From Octopus sinensis (lineage: Eukaryota), in the NCBI RefSeq assembly GCF_006345805.1, contig NC_043004.1:42346001-42410000 (forward strand): DNA of 64,000 nucleotides, written 5' to 3'. Every line of letters starts with the position of its first letter. Position 1 is the first letter of the stretch. The notes under the pieces are model-generated. The model did not search any database, was not told the origin of the DNA, and saw nothing but the letters and a program-made list of their open reading frames with translations. Made by a program: the position numbers and the translations under genes. Shown one piece after another: positions 13,674 through 25,668 of this stretch.

Positions 13674-14567
13674 GTGTGTGTGTGTGTGTGTGTATTTCTA
13701 TGCATGCACATACAAGCATGCATACACTGGCAACCCCCACACATATCTACATGTATTTGTATCAGTAAGTTTATACCTAAAGTACACATATATGTACACA
13801 TTCAACTATAGAAAGAGTGAAAAAGAGGTGATCGAGAGAGAGAGAGAGAGAGTATGTGTTCGTTTGTGTGTCAGTGTGCGTTTGTTTGTGTGTCTTTATG
13901 TCTGTGCGTGCCAATATAGTTTTGTTCTTACTTCATCACTGTAACCCTATCTAATTCTTCTGCCCCTTTGAGAAATAGAACGAGGATAATTCATGTCAAT
14001 CTATTTATGTATTTCTATCTCTTCTCTTGTTCAAATCCCCCCCTTCTTACTCTCACCATTTCTTAATGTCTCTCTCTCCATGAATAATACATCTCATCTG
14101 AATGCAATTTTGGCTTTTGATCTTTTTCGAGATATTTCAAAGATTACTTTTACGATTTCAGTACGATATTCTATCAAGGTATTCGTAGAAAATTAGTTAC
14201 GTGTATGCATATCTGCTTATTGCAACTTACGTGCGATGCTTTGATGATCAAATCTATATTCATTTATATTTCCCAACTCATGCTTCAACATATTCAAGTT
14301 TATCGGGATTTTATGCGGATAATAACTATTGCGCTTTTGGGAGTTACTTTTTAATTTTTTTTATAATACTAATTAAATCTAATACTGCTATAATAATGAA
14401 AAAAACCTAGAGTTATACTACATGTTCTGCTCTCTCAGTCTCTACGTATCGATTTTTTTCAGCTGCGTATCATAGTATGCACATATATGCAAAAATTATA
14501 TATATGAATGAAACAGTTCTAGTCCTGTAGAAGCTCCTTCTATAAAATAAATTATATATATATATAT

Positions 14568-14570
<3 letters not shown>

Positions 14571-14605
<35 letters not shown>
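14571..14605 (-). repeat. (GATA)n, i.e. (ATCT)n on the minus strand; 3' flank of Tx1 copy B
   Basis: Abuts ATGTTTCTTTATT, the reverse complement of the element 3' end. Confidence 0.95.
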
Positions 14606-14606
<1 letters not shown>

Positions 14607-16729
14607 TGTTTCTTTATTAGCCACACAGGGCTGCACACAGATAGAACAAATTACAAGGTAGAGCTTTTCTTTTGAAGGTATTAAAAAAAAAAAAAAAAAA
14701 AAAAAAGGAAGGGGGAGGTTCGATCAAAAGGGATCGTAAAAGGAGAGAAAGAGGACAAAATAAGGGGGGTTAAAAAAAAAAAAAAAAGGGGGGGAGAGGA
14801 AAAAAAATGATCAATAGGGATCGTTATCACAGAAATGTCAATATGAAGTGTAAAGGGGAGGACAGGTGAGGTTTACCCGTGGAAAGAAAAGCCTGCGGAA
14901 AAGACCACGGTAACCTCGGTCAATGAAGTCACATTTTATATTTCTTTTTTTTTTTTTTTTTTTTTGCAAATAAGCAACTCTCTGTTTTCGATTTCTGGGT
15001 TCATAGGACTATGCTCAAGGTGGCTTCGTCATTCATACGTGCCATTCTTGCTACATTCACCCATCTTTTTTTAAAACATTCGCTAGACAAAACTTGCCTC
15101 TCTACTCTCACTTTCCTTTTCAAGTGGTACTTGAAGAAGTTGATGAGAGATTGACCAGAGAGGAAAGTGTTTGTCTCCATCCTTTCAGACGCGTCCACCA
15201 GATACATTCTTTCGCCATAGCCACAAGGATGATGAAAATAGCTCTTCCTTCCCGTTTGAAGGAAGGAGGCGTGACAATATTGACGATAGACTCAGCTGAT
15301 AAACCGACTCGTCCCACACGTGACAGCAGTTGTTCGACATAAGCCCACAGGTCGGAAATTGTTGGACACTGAACGAGTGCGTGCAGAACGGTTTCGTCGC
15401 TCTGACCGCATCTCGGGCAGGTCGGCCCCGTGTTTCTCGAGCCGTGTCTGTAGAGCTTATCCCGAACGGGTAGCGCTTCTCGGTAGCACTGCCAGGCCAG
15501 GGATCTCTGGAAGTTGTCCATGGGCCCTGGCCCGAAAGTCGTCCCGAACAGGCGGGTCAGGTACTCCTCGTCGACGTCCAGGTTCGCCCCGAGCTCGTCG
15601 TCGTACCTCCCCTCCACTAAACCCCTATAGAATGCTTGGTTGTGTTGAAGTCACTTAAGGTCGACCCAGGACGGCAGAGTTGCTTGAGAGCAACGCGACA
15701 CTCGCTGTGCCATTCGCCCTTCCTCGGCCTCTTTTTGATCCACGACTGCAGTTCGGTCATGGAGACGAGCTGCGGGAAAGCGTGCCTCACAAACGGCGAC
15801 CACACCTGTTCACCGTCGTCTACATAGAGCCAGAGATGTCGCAGTCTCAGCGCGTGTCTGCGCATCATCAACCACGGCATGCCCAGCCCTCCTTTTAACG
15901 GGTGTTGACAGCAAATGGATCGCCTGACCATCGGGACGCATCCTTTCCACAAGAAGCGAAAGAGGATGCGTTGTAGTTTGGTGATGGTAGGGTCGGGACA
16001 AGGTACGACGGTCAGGCGGTAGTAGATGACGGACGCGATGTACGTGTTCGCCACCTCCGCTCGACCTTTTAGGGACAGTTTCCTCTCGGCCCATTGCCGG
16101 GCGAGAGTGACCACCCTACTCGTTATCTCGTTCCAGTTCTTCTCCACTTGGAGGTCCGGACCAAACCAGACCCCGAGCAACTCAACCGGGCCGTCGGTCC
16201 AGCGTCCCACGACGGAGGCGCTGGTGGACGGCATGGGCTTGCTTCTCCAGGTGCCTAGTCGCAAGCCCACTGACTTTTCCCGGTTGATTTTCGCTCCTGT
16301 CACCGCTTCGTAGTTTTTCAGTGTCTCGCCGACCAGCTCGATGTGCTCGTGGCTAGACACTATGACGGTGACGTCGTCCGCGTATGCAGACACGCTCGTC
16401 CCGCATCCCAATTCTCGCGGGATGCCCCTTAGAGTCGCCAGCTTCCGCAGTAGTGGCTCAAGAGTCAATACGTATAGAAGCGCCGAGAGGGGGCATCCCT
16501 GACGGACCGAACGTGCAATGTCGAAAGGTCTCGATAGATGTCCATTTACGCGAATTACCGAACGGATGCCTCTGTACAAGGCAGCTATCCAGCCGCGGAA
16601 GACGGGACCGAAACCAGCCGCTCTCAGGACTGCCTCCAAGTATCGATGGTCTACCCTATCAAAGGCTTTTGATTGATCCAAGTTGATCAGGGCCCCACCC
16701 ATGCCAGGTTCGTTAACTACCCTGTCTAT

Positions 16730-16732
<3 letters not shown>
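14606..16732 (-). mobile_element. Tx1/L1-clade LINE copy B, 5'-truncated within RT
   Basis: RT motifs LDQSKAFDRVDH, RQGCPLS and YADD; C-terminal CPRC..H..C motif; 3' UTR and AATAAA; GC- and CpG-rich against an AT-rich background. Confidence 0.95.
15001..16732 (-). pseudogene. Tx1 ORF2 fragment (reverse transcriptase C-terminal half onward)
   Basis: ORFs 15617-16702, 15120-15617 and 15001-15207 join through two frameshifts. Confidence 0.93.
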
Positions 16733-16793
<61 letters not shown>

Positions 16794-16800
16794 TAGATAG
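16731..16800 (-). repeat. (GATA)n array, 5' flank of Tx1 copy B
   Basis: Direct reading; ATC microhomology with the RT codons at the junction. Confidence 0.95.
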
Positions 16801-17680
16801 ATATATATATTCTTAATATAATATAATATAATATAATATGTACGTGTAAGATTCAAAGATACAGGTATAGGATGTCAGTAAGCTTCAAGCATTCCGTAGA
16901 AGGTATGAAACAAACTTTGAAGAACAGGAGTAGTTTACTGGCGTAGAAGGTTTTAAATGTTTCCCATGTCGAATTTCGAGAAGCTGAAAAAAGTAATTTT
17001 ATAGTCCCCGTCTTACCACACATCCACTCCTATATACATATATACATACACACATGCACACACACACACACACACGCACAGATACACTCTCAAACACATA
17101 CACATTAAACCACACCCACGCACACACGTATACATATATGTCAGTAATGTTCTGTTCTTTAGAAAAAAACTTTTTTACATTGTGATAAGAGTTAAAAAAT
17201 TGAAAGAAATACATGCAACAACATGAGTCATTTCTCGACTTTGATTATCGACAAGATATCCACAAGATTATCCACAAGATAAGCCCGTTATATTCTAGTA
17301 TTTTGTTAATGACTAGTTTATGTGTGTATAGTTTATGTGTGTATAGTTTATGTGCGTATAGTTTATGTGTGTAAATCTTAGTGGTCTGATACTCCTTGTA
17401 GACAGAATCCAACTCCAAGGCTAGCTGTTGATATGTTTTCCGTTGATATTTAGTTAATCAATGAGGAATCCCAAAAAAGAAAAAAAAAAGAACTGGTGCC
17501 GAACGCGCCAACTAAGGCTGGTATACATGAAGCATTTACAAATCATACCGAATACTTGGATACGTGTTGTATGGCTAAAAAAAATATACATCTTGTAATT
17601 AGCAATTTGGTAAAATTAAATTTTAAAATCAAAACATTGTAATTTTCATATATATATATATATATAATATATATATATAT

Positions 17681-17730
<50 letters not shown>

Positions 17731-18980
17731 GAGAGAAAGAAAGAAAGAGAGATACGGAAAGAGAGTGTGAATGGAACGGTGGAATATGAAGTAAATATTG
17801 CATACAAATTATTAAACTATTCTTTTTTTTTAATAACAACTCATCTCAAAATAAAAAAAAAATACTCAGAGAATTTTCGTTTAGACTGAATGAATAACTG
17901 CCTAAAAGGTAATAGAAAAGAAGAAAAACTATCTCATTAGATTTTAGTGTGTGCAAACAATCCCCTGGCCAAAAATACTAAACTGGAAAAGAAAGGAATG
18001 CCTGTTATTCAATACAAACATTTTAGCAATGATACAAAACAACAATATGCAACAGGTTTCCTTTTCCGATGCACTCTAAGTGTTTTTGAAATAAAGAACG
18101 CAGATACATTGTATTTTCTGTCTTTTTCGGTTGTTTTCTTGAAGGTGAGCGGATCTGAGATTTTACAATTCTAATGAACTTTAGTTGAACTTTAGAATTT
18201 TCGGAATGAAATAAAAACAATAGAAGACATTTTCGCGGATTTAGAGAATGCACATTCCTACTCGCATCCACGTGAATACGCGCTCTTACACAAATTACTC
18301 ATCACAAAATACGCAAATAAAGACACAGTAGAACGCACAACAACATTTTGAAACACTAAAACAGAAATGAACTACCGCATTTTACAGGGAACAACCATTC
18401 TTGAAACATTTATAACATGAAGGACATACTTAAGAAATGGTAATAAAACATCGAAACACAGTAATATTATTTTAATCACACAAGCATGCACATAGCATAA
18501 AATTCGAGAATACTGGAACCTAATGCATGTTTGTGAAATATTCTGGAATCTTGACATTCAAATATTTCAATATCCATCGAAATTCATACAGCATGCAATC
18601 TCAAAACAAGGAAGTAAATGCACAATTACGTTGCAAATTCTCACAATCAAACATTTACAAATACAGATCTATAACAGAATATCTGTAAACAGTCACCTAA
18701 TATATGCACCAACTCATCTGTTGAAATACTCATATTTGTGCAATGAAGTAATCACATGGGTTGAAGAAAATTACCGGTATTTGCGTATATGGTAAATTTT
18801 TGTTGAATATACTGAATATTAATAAGACACAAATGCACACATTTTATTGAATGCAGAATACCGTTTATGCTGACGTTCATAGTTTTGCAAGTATCTGAAG
18901 AATGTGAAACAGATTGAACTAGGAATAAAAACTTGCTAATATCATTGAATCGTTGCCTAACAAAAAAAAATCTGTGTATA

Positions 18981-19391
18981 GGCGCAGGAGTGGCTGTGTG
19001 GTAAGTAGCTTGCTTACCAGCCACATGGTTCCTGGGTTCAGTCCCACTGTGTGACATCTTGGGCAAGTGTCTTCAGCTATAGCCTCGGGCCGACCAATGC
19101 TTTGTGAGTGGACTTAGTAGACGGAAACTGAAAGAAGCCTGTCGTATACATGTATATATATGTATGTGTGCGTGTATGTGTGTTTGTGTCTGTGTTTGTC
19201 CCCCTAGCATTGCTTGACAACCGATGCTGGTGTGTTTACGTCCCCGTCACTTAGCCGTTCGGCAAAAAAACCCGATAGAATAAGTACTGGGCTTACAAAG
19301 AATAAGTCCCGGGGTCGATTTGCTCGACTAAAGGCGGTGCTCCAGCATGGCCGCAGTCAAATGACTGAAACAAGTAAAAGAGTAAAGAGAG
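18981..19391 (+). mobile_element. tRNA-derived SINE, family 1 (CORE-like CTTGGGCAAG motif, internal TA/TG microsatellite)
   Basis: A box TGGCTGTGTGG, B box GGTTCAGTCCC, tail GTAAAAGA repeats; five copies in the window. Confidence 0.9.
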
Positions 19392-19614
19392 TATATAGTG
19401 AATTAACATAAGCGTAATGCTATTCTCATGTCATATTTGCAGGAGGACAGAGAGAAAGAAAAGGAAAACCGAAGCGAGAACTAGTGGGAGGGGGAGGAGA
19501 GGTATAGAAAGAGTGTTAGAAACTTAATGGAAGGGATGGACGAAGAGAAATAAAGGGAGGTAAAACAGGTCGACATACAATTAGAGGATAAAATGTTTAT
19601 GTTCTTTGTATATT

Positions 19615-20130
19615 TATTATTTGTTGGAATAAATGCTATCCTTGGCAGAGCAAAAAATTGGTACGCCCATACACCGGAAGGCATCATCGAAAATGATAAT
19701 GCCAAAATCCTGTGGGATTTTATTATTCAGTGCGACCATGAGATAGAGAATAGGAAGCCAGACAATGCCTTAATTGAGAAAGAAAACAAACTATGCTGAA
19801 TCATAGATATAGTATGCCCAGCTGATAACAAGGTGTGCGATAAGGAAGAAAGAAAAGTCGAGAGATATGACAGATTAGCTTGGGAAGTTAAGCAGTTGTG
19901 GTCGATGAAAAAGGTGGTAGTAATACCAATAATTGTCGGTTCCGTGGGAACAGTTAGTAAAAATCTTGAGAAATACATGAGACAGATAGGAGCTGCAATA
20001 AGGGTGGAGAACTTGCAGAAAACAGCACTGCTTGGAGCCGCTCAATTACCCAGGAAGGTGCTCGAAAAATATGGGGTAGTGAACAGCTGACACCGTAGTA
20101 CATCTCCAGCGTTAGAAGCTGTGCAAAGGC
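19615..20130 (+). mobile_element. R2-superfamily (R4/Dong-like) LINE 3' fragment with restriction-like endonuclease
   Basis: WYAHTPEG..KILWDF..RKPD...C*IIDIVCPAD...KVERY..L..VIPIIVGSVG..LQKTALLG; one in-frame stop; followed by (AAT)n. Confidence 0.85.
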
Positions 20131-20170
<40 letters not shown>

Positions 20171-20185
20171 TAATAATAATAATAA

Positions 20186-20216
<31 letters not shown>

Positions 20217-20278
20217 GAGAAGAAGAAGAAGAAGAAGAAGAAGAAGAAGAAGAATAGAAGAAGAAAAAGAAGAAGAAT
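20131..20278. repeat. (AAT)n followed by (GAA)n
   Basis: Direct reading. Confidence 0.95.
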
Positions 20279-20737
20279 GATTAATAATATTAACAATGAT
20301 GGTAGAATCAGTGTTTCTAATATTCACGACATTGAAATTGACGTCGGTGATGACAACGAGAACAAGGCGGATGATAGCCCTCACGATCATGTTAATGTTC
20401 CTGTTAATTAAATAATTATGACAGTAGGACGTAGGGTGGTATCGAAAGTGACAACGTAATCACAGCATAGAAGATTGAGTAGCATTGTCCTCGAGGACGT
20501 TCGTCAAAATCATGAATGTGTATCACGTGGGGAAATTTCGCAGTTTTATTAAGTCTGTATCATGTAGGACATACATACATACATACGTATATAAATACAT
20601 GATACACACATATATACATACATACATACATACATACATACGTATGTACATTCACACATACATACACAGACAAACACAAACACACGCACAGAGATATATA
20701 TTTGCATTTATATATGTGTAATTTTTACACACATACA

Positions 20738-20786
<49 letters not shown>

Positions 20787-20787
20787 C

Positions 20788-20818
<31 letters not shown>

Positions 20819-21644
20819 CTATATTATAAAGAAATATATTTTCTCTCATCGCTACATATTCACTATGCTCTCAACTCTTTACAAGTAACCACGAATCAAC
20901 GTACAGACTGTATGTATGTGAACATATACATACACGCATACATACACATACACGCATATAATTATACATATACATATATACGCATACACATACAGGCATA
21001 CATCCTCACACATACATACATACATACATACATGCTTGCGTGCATCGTAGTAACTTCGGCGTGTGAGATTATAGAATGTCAACTCTTGTCTGTTGCTTGT
21101 CCATAGCTTAGCTCTAACGTAAGTAAACTGATTGGCAGTGCAACAACAGTTTGCTTTCTGCTGTCACATACGCAACCTGTCACCTGTCTTCTTCAATTGA
21201 TATGCCGTCTGCTATATAACTATGTTGCACATTATATATTTCGAATCACTTTTTAGGCAATTCTTATCAATGAAGGAGATATCTACCTCGGATTTTATTT
21301 AGCTCGGCAAGTTATAGTTATTTTGGCGGTAGCCGTTTTGTCGCGCATCCCTAGAGGCGTCTTTTGCGCGAAGATTGGCGGTCAAAAAAAATTGTGACCT
21401 TAATTATCTTGTGTAATATCTTATAACACGCATTTCGTTATAAGTATCTCCTTATATCTAGGACGTTAAGCTGTACTCAACAAGAAGTATATGTAACGCT
21501 TCAATTAAATGTAAATTCACCTTTTATTATAACTCGACATGATATCAAGCATTCATACAAAATACACACACACACAAGCGCATATGCACATACACACACT
21601 CAGGCACGCACGCATACACACACACACATATATATATATACACA

Positions 21645-21802
21645 CAGGTGAGCACATAAGTGTAAAACGAGGTGGAAGAGATTGTACTCAACTACCGAAC
21701 TTAGAGTAATATGCTTTTTACTAAAGCTCCAAAATTATCACACGAAAATTGTGTGACAATTTTGCAGCTTCAATAAAACAGTAGTCGCTTGAAACGATCG
21801 TA
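21645..21802 (+). mobile_element. Penelope-like pLTR fragment ending at a hammerhead cleavage triplet
   Basis: GTCGCTTGAAACGATCGTA then (TA)n; 21 of 22 nt match the hammerhead 3' half at 36555-36576 (minus); internal hairpin 21731-21763. Confidence 0.5.
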
Positions 21803-21999
21803 TATATATATATATATATATAATATATATATATATATATACTAGCATTAAATACCCGTCATTGCCGGGTCATAGTGCTAGTGCATGTATATATGTGTAT
21901 ATATATGTGTACATATTACATGTACATCAATATATATACATCTACACATAAAATACAAAATACAAAGTTATATCTTGATATCGCTAGTGATAAAAATAC

Positions 22000-22332
22000 T
22001 CAAAATATATAACAGACTGGAATTGTTAGCCCGTTTCTTGTAATTTCGATCAATTGGATCTTGTCCTCCCTCTTGTATAGAAGTGTGGCTACAATCCAGC
22101 GTACCTCTACTTCGCGGGGGGGGGGGGGGTATTTTAAATTTTTTTCCGGGACGTCCTGCGTCCCAGATATAAAGATCAAAATAAAATATTTCCACTTTGC
22201 AAGTCCGAGTCGAGTACTCCCTTGCACGCTCCGTTGACTCGAACCTTGCTTCTATTGTGGCGAATTTACCGCCTCTGATTAGATACCTTTCATAGTCGCA
22301 CCAAGACACTTTTCGAAGGTGCTTTCCTCCAT
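22000..22332 (-). pseudogene. Second, divergent Tx1 ORF1 fragment (RRM-like region)
   Basis: MEESTFEKC..YLIRGGKFATIEARFESTERAR..EIFY..PPREVEVRWIVATLLYKREDKIQL aligns with YMTKGLEYGTITVQFKSEKAAR..EKFY..PPHLEGELITAAVIKGNEDKVDI; frameshifts, one at the G run near 22115. Confidence 0.65.
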
Positions 22333-22480
22333 GTTATTTCTTTATTACCCATCAGGGGCTACGAAGAATGGCGGACATAACAAAACATGGGGGACATAGA
22401 ACAATATGATTAAATTTATGAGCAAATGAAAATGAAAATTGATAATATGAAAGCGATGCTAACGGCCCCCTCCGCCAGCA

Positions 22481-22920
22481 TCACTTACCTGTCCTTTTGT
22501 TTTCACTGTCACCTGAATGTTCATTCCCAATACGAAGACCATCCATATCCATTCTTACTCCGAAACTGTCCTCCATATATTCCACGAATTCATCGCTCAT
22601 TCTTGTATCTTTCACCTCCCAATTCTCCCTTTCACACCTCAACACAAACTCATCTATATTCTTCTTTTCCAGCACTGCATATCTGATCCCATCCATTTCA
22701 TACCATTCATACTCCTCCATTACCCTTTCAACCTCTTTCTGTTCAGTCACAATATAAATGTTCGGCCTGGGTTCGTTTTCAAACTCTTGTCTGTCTGTAT
22801 TATTATTTTTCTTTTGTTTTCTTGTTGGAGGGGAGCAGGTGGGTTCACTGTCTGCAGGGGAAGGGTGGAATTCAGAGGGTGCGGGTGGTGTTGGGTGGGT
22901 TGGGGCTTCGCACAGTTTTT
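22481..22920 (-). pseudogene. Probable frameshifted C-terminal extension of ORF1 (Pro-rich then acidic)
   Basis: Open alternative frame (ORF 22481-23119) with complex sequence RPNIYIVTEQKEVERV...; shift probably in the A-rich run near 22920-22950. Confidence 0.5.
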
Positions 22921-23754
22921 CTTTTTCTTTCTTTTTCTCTTTTTTCTTCCTTCTTCCCACTCTGCTTGCATCTCCTCTTCTTCTGTCGTTTCTTTTTCCC
23001 TTTGGTTCTCTTTGGTTTTTTCCTCTTTTGGGGCTTCCGCGACGATTTCTTTTTCTTTTTCCTTTGGTGGGGGAGGGCAGTAGGCTCTTATGTGACCCCT
23101 CAGGCCACACTTGTAGCACCTGGACGCCCTACCCTCCACCCACACTCTCATAATAATATTTCCAGTTTTTATACTGTCCGTAAGCTTTTCTATAACTTCC
23201 GCCTCCGTCTGTATGTTCATTACTAGTGTGGCACCTCTCACGCCTTCATAGTTCATAATGGCGTGGAGGATGTCCACTTTATCTTCATTTCCTTTGATAA
23301 CCGCAGCCGTTATTAATTCGCCCTCTAGGTGTGGAGGTATTCCTTCCACCCTAATTCTGGTGGTCCTTCTATTCAAATACGAAGGGAACAAGTAAAACTT
23401 TTCTGTACTCACCACCTTGGCTGCTATATTCCTGGCTGCTTTCTCACTTTTAAATTGTACCGTTATGGTTCCATATTCTAATCCTTTTGTCATGTACACA
23501 ATTTCTTCTCCTGACTGTTTGAAAGCCTCTTCAATTGCTTCCATGTTAATCACTTCCATTTTTCTACCTCCATTCAGAAATACTTTATATTTAATGGTTC
23601 TACGATGGAACCAGTCTCCGCGCCCTGCTAGAAGCAACAGCTCAACCTCTCCGTTCTCCTCCTCCTTCATGAACTCCTGGAAGCCCGTCAACTTAGCCAG
23701 GTCTATCTCTTTTTCTGTTGACTTCTTCGTTACACCTGCGTAGGTGCTTTCCAT
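22747..23754 (-). CDS. Tx1/L1-type ORF1 nucleic-acid-binding protein (335 aa; RRM-like region, CCHC knuckle, basic tail)
   Basis: Uninterrupted ORF with CYKCGLRGHIRAYC, N-terminal STYAGV and EWEEGRKKRKRKK; homologous to 10634-12090; may really start at ATG 23843 via a frameshift in an A6 run. Confidence 0.82.
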   Translation of the reverse strand: MESTYAGVTKKSTEKEIDLAKLTGFQEFMKEEENGEVELLLLAGRGDWFHRRTIKYKVFLNGGRKMEVINMEAIEEAFKQSGEEIVYMTKGLEYGTITVQFKSEKAARNIAAKVVSTEKFYLFPSYLNRRTTRIRVEGIPPHLEGELITAAVIKGNEDKVDILHAIMNYEGVRGATLVMNIQTEAEVIEKLTDSIKTGNIIMRVWVEGRASRCYKCGLRGHIRAYCPPPPKEKEKEIVAEAPKEEKTKENQREKETTEEEEMQAEWEEGRKKRKRKKKKNCAKPQPTQHHPHPLNSTLPLQTVNPPAPLQQENKRKIIIQTDKSLKTNPGRTFIL

Positions 23755-24622
23755 TTTTTCACCGCCAACTCCTCCTCAGATGTCGACGAATTTTCAGAGA
23801 AATTTCTCCCTTCCATCTCATCCGTTTGGTAGAGGCGGCTCATAGTCGCCTCAGACCGAAAAACGGCCTCCCGAAAAGAAAACGTGCGACGCGAAACCGC
23901 ACCAACCAACGTTCCAATTCCGCAACCATAATTCACTTTTTGTTCTTTTTTCTTTTTTAACCGAATTTTACAGAGCGCAAAAAAACGCGACCTTTTTTCT
24001 CTACATTGTATACTTTATAGACAATAGTCTTTTCTTTAATTTAATTTTTTATTATCCATCTGGACTATTCCATTTCTGCACGCTAATTTTATTTTTGGTT
24101 TATTCCCAATGATGTGAAACCATTTATTCAAGTTCAAGTCATTGATGCAATTTTATACCAATTGCTATTTTTACTTTTGTTATGTTACGATTATATTATA
24201 CTTTAGTTTGATTTTAATTATTACTTACTACATATAATTCAATTGTTATTATTATTTTTATTGTTAAGGTGAAAGTATCTGACATAAAATAGAGAAACGT
24301 TTTTGTTTCACTTTTAACACGTAATGCTGAAATAGTGGAGAAGATATGATATTGCTATGGGCTCGCTCTAGGCAAGAAGTTGAACATTTTTCTTTGCCCA
24401 TGAAACTACATGGACCCTAAGTAAGGCATGTGTAAAATTTGAATGAAATTGGTTGTGTAGTTCTCAAGTTTTATGGAAACACACAGACAGGCAGACAAAC
24501 ACACATTCTCAGTTTTATATATATAAAGATATATATTTATATATATATATATCTTATATATATATATATATGTATATTTGTGAATATTATATTTATATAT
24601 ATATATCTTATATATATATATA

Positions 24623-24693
<71 letters not shown>

Positions 24694-24719
24694 TTTTTTA
24701 TTTAGATTACACAATACAT

Positions 24720-25497
24720 GTATTAATACGCTACTAATGTTTCATACGCTGAGGGAACTCAAACATATTCTTCAGGCACACCCGACATACCATAACGAAC
24801 TAAAGAACTTGAATAATAGAAGAAACGCGAAAAATGTGAGAATACAGTATATAGAAAACAACGGAAAACGAAAAACAGAAAGTAAAATGTCAAAAGTACA
24901 CAGTAAAAGGTAAAAAAAGTAAAAGAGCTATCCTCCCTAGACCTTAAATGATAAGGCTGAAAACATATCAAATCAGTCAGTAATAACCGTAATTTTCCAA
25001 TTCTTCAAAATATATTTATGCATATGTATGCTACCGCTGAAAATGTCTGACCTGGAGTTCAAATGAAAACTATGCATCTTAGATTTGAACAGGATCTGCG
25101 ATCTTTCGGCCTAAAAAAAGTCTATATTTATTTGATCTATGCACATAAGGTATGGATTTCTCAATTACTTTACATTTAATCGCATGCGGTATTTCGTTAA
25201 ATTTCAAAGCCCTAACTTAGTAGCTTTACCTTTGTCCCTATGTCAGAAGGAGGCTATGTGATTAGTATAACGATTTTTAAATTCTCCTTCATATAATCCC
25301 TTACTGCTCTTCTTATCAGTTGTATTACTCTGGGCTGCAGTAACCTCTGCCTCATATATGATAGATTTAGTCGTATATCGTTGGTCAAGAGGATAGTATC
25401 CTGGGTCGCGGCATTTGCAGCTGGATTCAAATTCTTGGCGCAGACCACGAGTAATGATACTTTTCATACTGGGGCAGTAACTATGTGATAATTTCAC
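24720..25497 (-). mobile_element. Penelope-like element 3' part: GIY-YIG endonuclease remnant plus pLTR
   Basis: CKCRD..PLD...KSIIYEAEV...GLYEGEFKNRYTNHIASF, then IKCKVIEKSIPY and LNSRSDIFS..HKYILKN; hammerhead downstream. Confidence 0.85.
24727..24780 (-). ncRNA. Type I hammerhead ribozyme with intact core
   Basis: UGUGC-CUGAAGA-AUAUG..UGAG(UUCC)CUCA..CGUAU-GAAAC-auua-GUA/GCGUA; all stems pair, with G-U wobbles. Confidence 0.8.
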
Positions 25498-25668
25498 ATA
25501 AAGCCTATTAAATAATGCCCTGTGTATGTGTCTGGCTGTATAAGTGTTTGTCTACGAGTGACAAGAATCTTTTTCCAACGTTAGTTCTTATATTAAGGGA
25601 AAAGGGAGGGGCGAACCAAATAATATTCCTAGGCCTCTTTTTAGAACCACTAGATACATTATCTGATA

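Larger units (their letters stand above)
21842..24529 (-). mobile_element. Helitron-bounded segment carrying Tx1 ORF1 cargo
   Basis: Minus-strand 5' end A|TCTTTATATATATAAAAC at 24529; 3' hairpin ACCCG/CGGGT plus CTAG|T at 21842; subterminal 3' sequence shared with the Helitron at 9212. Confidence 0.55.

Noticed and set aside
18893-18915. CTGAAGAATGTGAAAC as a hammerhead core
   Set aside because: Only 4 nt between the core halves, no stem II and no stem I complement
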